From Candidatus Latescibacterota bacterium (GTDB taxonomy: Bacteria > Latescibacterota > UBA2968 > GCA-2709665), in NCBI GenBank assembly GCA_965219455.1, contig OZ244744.1, forward strand, positions 416,001 to 480,000: a stretch of 64,000 nt of DNA, read 5' to 3'. Positions 58,757-64,000 of the stretch are shown in pieces. The notes below the pieces were generated by a model. That model searched no databases. It was not told the origin of the DNA and saw only the letters and a list, made by a program, of their open reading frames with translations. How positions within the stretch are numbered: position 1 is the stretch's first letter; every line of letters begins with the position of its first letter. The translations under genes were made by a program, and so were the position numbers.

Positions 58757-59629
58757 ATGCAAGTCGACGTACGAATCGACCCGAACGAAGAAATCGGTTT
58801 CATGAACGTGGACGAAACCGACTTCAAGAGCTCCACGCCGTCCGAGCGAATCCGCCACCTCGAAGTCGAGGGATTCGTCGTTCTTCCGGATGTGCTCGAT
58901 GCGGAATTCATGGATCGCATCAAGCACGAAATGGCCGACGCGCCGATGCAGACGAAAGACTACAGCGCCGCACAGACCTACTGTCTGGAGCCTCAGTGGC
59001 GCAGCCGAGCCGTGGCCGAACTGATCGCGCACCCGCCAATGATCGAGTTCCTGGAGACACTGCTTGGCGAGGACATTGTGTTCACCCGAGGACTCTTCAC
59101 CCGGACGCTCTCGGGTTCGCCACCCATTTCGTTACACACCGATGGACAACCGTTCGGGTCATCCATCTTCGGATACGAAGGCAGTTCTCCGCGTCTGCTC
59201 CGCGTCCTGTATTACCTTGACGACCTGACCCCGGACCGGGCGCCCTTCCGGCTCGTCCCTCGCTCCCACCTGTCGTTTCACGCCGAAGCGAACCCCTACG
59301 TACGTTACAAATATCACCCCGGCGAGGTCACCCTTTGCGTGAGGGCCGGTACGGCGCTCGTGATCCCCATCAATTTGTTCCATGGCACCCATCCAAACAG
59401 AACCGGCTCCCAGCGCTCGCTGGTTCAACTGGGGTACCGCCCGGCGTGGGCGGGCCCCATTCAACCGATGCCGGAGTGGGACCCGGAACTCGTGGCTGCG
59501 GCCCCGGCCGAAACGAGGCGATTTCTGCAAAGCCCCAACACAACCGGTCTGGACTGGAACCAGCCGCACAAACCCATGGGCATGAAAAACGACGCGTGCG
59601 CTATTGATCCGGGGCGATGGGAGCGCTGA
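58757..59629 (+). CDS. Phytanoyl-CoA dioxygenase (PhyH) family Fe(II)/2OG enzyme
   Basis: EGFVVLPDVL, LHTD, YLDDL, VPRSH, FHGT, R; canonical HxD...H triad. Confidence 0.85.
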   Translation: MQVDVRIDPNEEIGFMNVDETDFKSSTPSERIRHLEVEGFVVLPDVLDAEFMDRIKHEMADAPMQTKDYSAAQTYCLEPQWRSRAVAELIAHPPMIEFLETLLGEDIVFTRGLFTRTLSGSPPISLHTDGQPFGSSIFGYEGSSPRLLRVLYYLDDLTPDRAPFRLVPRSHLSFHAEANPYVRYKYHPGEVTLCVRAGTALVIPINLFHGTHPNRTGSQRSLVQLGYRPAWAGPIQPMPEWDPELVAAAPAETRRFLQSPNTTGLDWNQPHKPMGMKNDACAIDPGRWER

Positions 59630-59685
59630 TCGCGGCCGTCTGCCAAGACACAGGTGAGGTCGAAATCCGAAAATAATACTCAGAC

Positions 59686-59720
59686 GAAAAAAGCCCGGCG
59701 AGCGTGTTTGGCCGGGCTTT
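59686..59720. terminator. Bidirectional terminator between convergent PhyH genes
   Basis: AAAAAAGCCCGGC...GCCGGGCTTTT; second hairpin CCGGATCCAT/ATGGATCCGG at about 59763-59792. Confidence 0.65.
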
Positions 59721-59811
59721 TACGTTTTTCCCGCGGGGACACGATCAGCGAAAAAAAGCCATCCGGATCCATAAGGGGATTCCATGGATCCGGTTCGGTG
59801 CAAATCTTCGA

Positions 59812-60627
59812 TTATCTCCTGTTTCGCAGGTACCAGACTTCCCTGAAAAACTGCTGGCGCGCTCCGGACATGGCCCCGATCACATCGGGATTCATACAGG
59901 GCTTGGGTTCGTGAAACCGGACCGTCACGTGGTTGTACGCGATGAGAATGGCGCGGCGGGGATTGTCGGGGTTTGTCCACGTCGATCCGGTATGCCGTAC
60001 CCCCTCCGAAAACATGATGAGACTCCCCGGAGGACATCCGTAGGTCTCCCAGACACCGGAGTCGGGATCATCGGCCTGCTCCGGCCACGTTCCATCCTGC
60101 GCTGAAAACAAATTCGCTTTATGCGAGCCCGGCACCAGACACGTGCCGCCCTGCCCCTTTCTGACTTCGTTCAGTTCCCAGACGATGCGTGTCATGCCGC
60201 TGTAAATCCTGCCGTTGTGAAAACGGTAGGACAGGGACGGATCGAGATTCGTCCCGCCCACGTGGGGCCGCCATTGATTCTGGGTCGTCTCGGCCGATCT
60301 ACCGGAGACAAACACGCTTTCGAGGCGAATGCGATCCCGTTCCGGGTGAATCACCTCCTGCAGAAGACCCATGACTCTCGGATGATCGATAAGGAATTCC
60401 GCGGGCCCGGCGATGGGCGCACGGTGGTGTGCGGGCAGACTCTCCTGGTTTCTCAATAGTATTTCCAGGTGCTCCCGCACCGTTTGAACTTCGTCGTTCG
60501 TGAGCACAGCTGGAATAACGAGAAAACCCTTCAGATCGAAGAGGAACTTCTCGTACTCCGACATCGGGTGGATCTGCGCGGGGTGGTCGTGTAACTGGAC
60601 ATCTGTGTCTTCATTTGTCGTCTTCAT
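59812..60627 (-). CDS. PhyH-family Fe(II)/2OG enzyme with an HxG motif
   Basis: FDLKGFLVIPAVL, PHVGG, WELNEV..GQGG..LVPGSHKAN, FSEGVRH; ATG 60627 with AAGGAG. Confidence 0.8.
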   Translation of the reverse strand: MKTTNEDTDVQLHDHPAQIHPMSEYEKFLFDLKGFLVIPAVLTNDEVQTVREHLEILLRNQESLPAHHRAPIAGPAEFLIDHPRVMGLLQEVIHPERDRIRLESVFVSGRSAETTQNQWRPHVGGTNLDPSLSYRFHNGRIYSGMTRIVWELNEVRKGQGGTCLVPGSHKANLFSAQDGTWPEQADDPDSGVWETYGCPPGSLIMFSEGVRHTGSTWTNPDNPRRAILIAYNHVTVRFHEPKPCMNPDVIGAMSGARQQFFREVWYLRNRR

Positions 60628-60863
60628 CGCAGGCGCTCCTTGTAAATCGGGCGGGGTGCCGCCGTGAATACTGACGTCGACAACCGGGGACTTCACAAGC
60701 GAACGGTCAGTCATTCGATCGCGATCTTTTCGCTTGCATGTACGAACAGTACCTCGTTCGCGCCGTCGTAGCGCCGGAGCGCTCGCTCCACCTCATCCGA
60801 TTCGACTTCGTTCAGGTCCAAGCCGGCGATCACCAGATCGGCCTCGGACGATCGTCGGACAGG

Positions 60864-62189
60864 TCAGTGAATCGACGAAAATTCCCGCCCCGCTGTCGGG
60901 TCGCCCGTTTTCCTGAAAAGAAAAATATATTCGTGTTTAAAGACATAGAAGCCGCCGGCAAGGGCACGGTAACGCCAGAGTTCCGCCTGGTTCCGCTTGG
61001 ATCGGGTTTCGTCGAAATTTTTCACAACGATGCTCTTCAGCGCGTAGCGTCTTTTCAGGACCTCATTCATGCAGTAGAACCCGAGCGGTATCCATTCGCC
61101 CTTGGAATATTTGTCTCCGACGACCAGAGCAAAGTACCGATCGGTCTCCAGATACGGTGTCACATTGTCCACCGTTTGACCGAACATTTGAAGAAACGCC
61201 TCTGTGCTCCCGGCGTTGGAAAGATCGTCGCTGTCGTCGGAAAATCGAATAATGTCGTGGTACGGAGGATGCATGATGAGAAGCTGCACCTGCCTGACGC
61301 GACACCTGTCCAGCGCGCCGCGAATGTCCATCTTTCGGTTGTCGCCAACGACGATTTCCGTTGTCACGTCGTCATCATTTCGGGTTGCCTCAACGAGCCT
61401 TCTTGCCTCCTCGGCGACCCCCTGATTGAGTTCCAGGCCGATGCCGTTACGCCCGAGCCGTCTGCATTCGATCAGCGTGGTCCCGCTACCGACAAATGTG
61501 TCCATTACCCAATCCTGCCGGCGGGTGTATCTGAGCATCATCTGTTGGGGAATCTGAGGGATAAAGTTGCCCCAATACCACCCGAGATGCCCGCCCGTCG
61601 AATCCCGCCGCTTCATGACCCACAGACTGTCCGTCAAGACGTCTTCATACTCCTTCCACCTCAGAAGATTGATGTCGTTGATCTCCAACTTCCTGACCTT
61701 CTGGACGCCGTCACGCAACCGCTTGACGTAATACCTTGCGCGTTCGACCGTCCGTGCCTCCAGGATCTGATTCAGTTCCGATACAACCACATCCCTGCGC
61801 AACGAAACGGTCTCATGCCCCGGCCTCGGCTCCGAGAATCCGTCGGAACTGCGTTCAGGAGATTCAACGACGTGTCGAACACTCAACGTCTTGCTTCGCA
61901 GTGCATCCACATCCGTCTGGCCGTAGATATCGTCGAGCGCCTGAACGAACCTCCTTCTGTCGAAAACCGCGCTCCCGTAGCCCAACGGCGACGTGTTCAG
62001 ATCTTCGGAATACCGCGCTTCCTGCTGGCTTGTTTCCTGCACAGACCCTGTTCCTCCTGCCGCCGCGACCACGGGTTTTTTAGTTAGAGGCGATGACTCG
62101 CGACGTTGCGCCGGCTTTGCGGTATGGTACTGAAATGCGACGGCCAATGCAAGCACAACGACGAGAACCGTACGCTGCCGGGAACTCAC
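60864..62189 (-). CDS. DNA N6/N4 methyltransferase-like protein with an N-terminal hydrophobic segment
   Basis: GNFIPQIP, DTFVGSGTT (motif I), GIGLELN, HPPY (motif IV), KHEYIFLFRK. Confidence 0.8.
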   Translation of the reverse strand: MSSRQRTVLVVVLALAVAFQYHTAKPAQRRESSPLTKKPVVAAAGGTGSVQETSQQEARYSEDLNTSPLGYGSAVFDRRRFVQALDDIYGQTDVDALRSKTLSVRHVVESPERSSDGFSEPRPGHETVSLRRDVVVSELNQILEARTVERARYYVKRLRDGVQKVRKLEINDINLLRWKEYEDVLTDSLWVMKRRDSTGGHLGWYWGNFIPQIPQQMMLRYTRRQDWVMDTFVGSGTTLIECRRLGRNGIGLELNQGVAEEARRLVEATRNDDDVTTEIVVGDNRKMDIRGALDRCRVRQVQLLIMHPPYHDIIRFSDDSDDLSNAGSTEAFLQMFGQTVDNVTPYLETDRYFALVVGDKYSKGEWIPLGFYCMNEVLKRRYALKSIVVKNFDETRSKRNQAELWRYRALAGGFYVFKHEYIFLFRKTGDPTAGREFSSIH

Positions 62190-62326
62190 CGGTGTCCGGC
62201 GTCACACGTCGGTTTTCTCCGAGACGCGTTCCGCACGCAGGCCGTTAGTCCTTTCACGATGGTTGGATGCATGTCGGGGCGTTTCCGCTTCGGTTTATCC
62301 AGGCCGGGATATCGGAGCCTACCGAT

Positions 62327-62371
62327 AAAAGCAAAGGGCCTGCGGCGAATTCATCGCAGGCCCTTCATTTT
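62327..62371 (-). terminator. Terminator downstream of tRNA-Val
   Basis: AAGGGCCTGCG...CGCAGGCCCTT followed by a T-rich tail. Confidence 0.65.
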
Positions 62372-62383
62372 CAGTGATTTATA

Positions 62384-62460
62384 TGGTGGGCGATACTGGA
62401 CTCGAACCAGTGACCTCTTGCATGTCAAGCAAGCACTCTAACCACCTGAGCTAATCGCCC
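62384..62460 (-). tRNA. tRNA-Val(GAC)
   Basis: GGGCGATTAGCTCAGGTGGTTAGAGTG-CTTGC-TT-GAC-AT-GCAAG-AGGTC-ACTGG-TTCGAGT-CCAGT-ATCGCCC-ACCA; full cloverleaf with encoded CCA. Confidence 0.97.
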
Positions 62461-62593
62461 ATCCATTTCGAACCGGTCATTTCGAGCACCCACAAACTGG
62501 CGACAACCCATTCGAGTTCCATTGGAATTGCACAGCCGGCGTGGGCGTCAATTCGTATCGACGGCACCGCCCCCTATGCCATTCCAGATAGCA

Positions 62594-62622
62594 AATCTAT
62601 ACCATATTATGGGCGAAGTCAA
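62594..62622 (-). promoter_or_regulatory. Sigma70-type promoter of tRNA-Val
   Basis: TTGACT-N17-TAGATT. Confidence 0.55.
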
Positions 62623-62720
62623 GCGGAATGTGGGATCGAACCGCTGGTTCGGGCGGCCGCCGATTCGTTGGAGATCAGCGGTCACGCGACCCATCTGTTG
62701 ACAGGCGGCGACCCTGGTAT

Positions 62721-63800
62721 TCAAACGCACCTAAGCACATCCTCGGCAAGCCGGGTACCCTCCACGCGTGCCCGGATCTTGGCAAATGCAAGTTCGCGGG
62801 AGGTTGACAGATCGTCGTCGAATGGAGAGAAACCACAATCGTCGGTGGTGCCCAATTGGGCGACGGGTATGTATCCGGCGGCCTCCACAACGCGGTCCCG
62901 TACCTCCTCGGGCGACTCCACGCGGGGTTCGATCGCGTCGATGACGCCGACAAAGACGCGGTGACCTGGCCGGATAAGCGTCCCGATCTGCTCCAGGGCC
63001 TTTCGAGGATCTCTTTCGGATGCCATGGCGACATAGAAGTTGCCCACGTTTATCTCGAACAACGTGGGGAGCAGGTCGCTGTAATCCACATCGGCACTGT
63101 GGGTGGCGTCCCAATCGCCTCCGGGACAGGTATGTACCCCCAGCCTCGCACGCTCATCGTCCGTAAACGATTCGAGGCCGGTATTCAGCAACGCCACAAA
63201 GCTTCTAAGGAGGTCGCCGGAGGGATCTAGTTTCACCGCCAGACGTCCCTCGGTGAAGTCGATCTGGACCCTGTGCGCGCCCGCATCCAGGCACCGGCGC
63301 GCTTCTCCGACGTGCTCACGTACGAGGTCCGCCAAAAACCGGTCGTTCGGATAGTCACCGATCCCGTCCGGCGGATAAACGAGACTGATCAGGGAGGGCG
63401 CGATCACGGCCTGTTTTACTCGGACCCGGGCGTGTTTCATTGCGTTCCGGAGGTACAGGTCGGCGCTTTCAGTATAGCGAAAAGGACCCTCTGTCAGACG
63501 TGGCAGCTGCCTGGTGTGACCATCGGAAAACTGGACTTCCACGCCGTCGGGAGCAATGTTCCCAGCTCCGCGCAGGCAATAGAATGCGAAACCGCCGAAT
63601 TTGCGCTGTTCGCCGTCGCTGATAACGGGGGAGCCCGTCTCCTCGAAACCGCGTATGGTCTCTATGGTGGCCTCATGGGCAACGGCATCGAGCGCCTGGA
63701 GGCTGATCCGGCCCTCGCGGAACTGCCGGTGCGCCTCCACCAGTTCCGCGGTTCGGGGGATGGAACCGATGGGTTCGGTGGGGATGGCATCATTGGACAT
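62721..63800 (-). CDS. Cobalamin-independent methionine synthase catalytic-domain (core-MetE-like) protein
   Basis: PTEPIGSIPR, ISDGEQ, VQIDFTE, HTC zinc motif, TDDCGFSP; single barrel only; ATG 63800 with GGAGG. Confidence 0.8.
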   Translation of the reverse strand: MSNDAIPTEPIGSIPRTAELVEAHRQFREGRISLQALDAVAHEATIETIRGFEETGSPVISDGEQRKFGGFAFYCLRGAGNIAPDGVEVQFSDGHTRQLPRLTEGPFRYTESADLYLRNAMKHARVRVKQAVIAPSLISLVYPPDGIGDYPNDRFLADLVREHVGEARRCLDAGAHRVQIDFTEGRLAVKLDPSGDLLRSFVALLNTGLESFTDDERARLGVHTCPGGDWDATHSADVDYSDLLPTLFEINVGNFYVAMASERDPRKALEQIGTLIRPGHRVFVGVIDAIEPRVESPEEVRDRVVEAAGYIPVAQLGTTDDCGFSPFDDDLSTSRELAFAKIRARVEGTRLAEDVLRCV

Positions 63801-64000
63801 GGCGTTCCTCCGGATAAACAGGCTGAAGTTCTGGCTGAGCGGCGAGAATTGATCGAACCTTAAAGACGTTTTCCAAATAATACCGCCACGATACCCTGGC
63901 CGGCATTTCGAAACAAACCGGCGGTTCCATCCAGCAGCTTCGCCGTTACGGGACCCATTCATTCAGGTCTTGCAACGTCCCCTGAATGAGTGGCCTGCCC

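Noticed and set aside
60738-62087. 449-aa plus-strand ORF
   Set aside because: Antisense to the methyltransferase gene; no motifs.
62365-62400. Integrative-element attachment site at the tRNA-Val 3' end
   Set aside because: Only a weak IHF-like word (TTTCAGTGATTTA); no integrase and no duplicated tRNA 3' fragment found in the window.
1-64000. CRISPR arrays, transposases, prophage genes, rRNA
   Set aside because: No regularly spaced repeats or hallmark genes were seen by eye.

Overview
A 64 kb GC-rich (~60%) bacterial chromosome segment. Most genes are on the minus strand. It looks FCB-group-like (a GWxTD protein, a short Bacteroidota/Gemmatimonadota-type RpoD sigma, rny). Ankyrin lipoproteins, paired PhyH dioxygenases, a heparinase II/III protein and several amidohydrolases suggest a Latescibacterota/Gemmatimonadota-like host-associated (e.g. 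sponge) symbiont; this is inference. Most of the window is housekeeping: dusA, lipA, miaB, queG, rny, erpA, sodA, panBC, folBK, murD, murA, cysC, cca, rlmN, larC and tRNA-Val(GAC). The main discovery is at 1940-2602 (-), a gene the ORF track truncates. Read from a Shine-Dalgarno-backed ATG at 2602, it encodes a signal peptide, then two in-frame TGA codons spaced as U-V-G-U (a CxxC analogue), followed by a SECIS-like hairpin and a beta-barrel-like domain ending in Phe. It is therefore a candidate double-selenocysteine exported protein. It sits just upstream of a secreted YHS/TRASH + TlpA thioredoxin fusion and between two paralogous ankyrin-lipoprotein cassettes. Other points of note: an HxG (halogenase-type) PhyH enzyme, a THF-riboswitch-like leader on folB, a frameshifted sigma factor, a cysteine-depleted IscU, a BpsA-like/DUF2156 gene pair, a DNA methyltransferase with an N-terminal hydrophobic segment, a plant-type hydroxypyruvate reductase and an Asp-type MurA. 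All calls come from reading the sequence; no database searches were run.
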